Source of the DNA: Octopus sinensis
Lineage: Eukaryota
DNA length: 64,000 nucleotides
Reading direction: 5' to 3'
NCBI RefSeq assembly: GCF_006345805.1
Contig: NC_043014.1
Location: 25,854,001 to 25,918,000 of the forward strand
Below the pieces are notes generated by a model. The model made no database searches. It saw only the letters and a list, made by a program, of their open reading frames with translations, and was not told the DNA's origin. Shown here in pieces: positions 63,727 through 64,000 of this stretch (position 1 is its first letter; every line of letters starts with the position of its first letter). The position numbers were made by a program, and so were the translations under genes.

Positions 63727-64000
63727 TACGAGGGGCGTTCAATAAGTAATGCCCCTGATCCACTTCCCATAGCAGTAGAGCAACGACACTTGGCACAGTT
63801 ATTAGTCTTTTCCTACATAGGAACTACCCAGAGTTATGCATTTCTCCCATCGTTTGATACGTGACTTCAGAAATCAAGGCTGCATCATCTGGGAAACGCG
63901 TTCCTTTCAAAATCAACTTCATGGCTGGGAAGAGGTGAAAATCAGAGGGTGCAAGGGGAGGAGTTCATAGCTGCACGCCTGTGCTTCTGATCTGGCGACA
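63727..64000 (-). mobile_element. Mariner element 3' end, continuing beyond the window
   Basis: TIR tacgaggggcgttcaataagt. Minus-strand LAPSDFHLFPAMK…GTRF. Confidence 0.75.

Noticed and set aside
59797-64000. Rh exon 8 and later
   Set aside because: No phase-2 exon with Rh-like sequence was recognised. It presumably lies beyond the window.

Overview
AT-rich, microsatellite-dense animal genomic DNA. The SINE, Penelope and R4-type repeat set suggests an octopus or other cephalopod (inference). Two intron-containing host genes are divergently oriented, and I reconstructed both by hand from GT-AG boundaries and matching phases. (1) A secreted S1 (trypsin-fold) serine protease on the minus strand: coding exons 23849-23828, 12545-12334, 8244-8156 and 3104-2833. 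The catalytic-Ser exon was not found and presumably lies left of the window. (2) An Rh-type ammonia transporter on the plus strand: exons 1-7 between 42376 and 59796, with the 3' exons not found. The rest is mostly transposon-derived. The most interesting observations: a reconstructable ~4.4-kb Penelope-like element, split by a 5' inversion, with an apparent Ulp1/C48-like cysteine-protease domain ahead of its RT; several hammerhead-ribozyme-like motifs, including a ~258-bp retrozyme-like repeat, two families of which share an extra A before GAAA; ORF1-only (HAL1-like) elements whose 3' ends resemble a co-resident Tx1/L1 LINE; a Penelope insertion whose 14-bp TSD duplicates the Rh exon-5 splice donor; and a ~2.4-kb-arm inverted duplication in protease intron 1 whose arms carry different later insertions. 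All alignments and translations were done by eye, and transposon boundaries are approximate unless a TSD or TIR is given.
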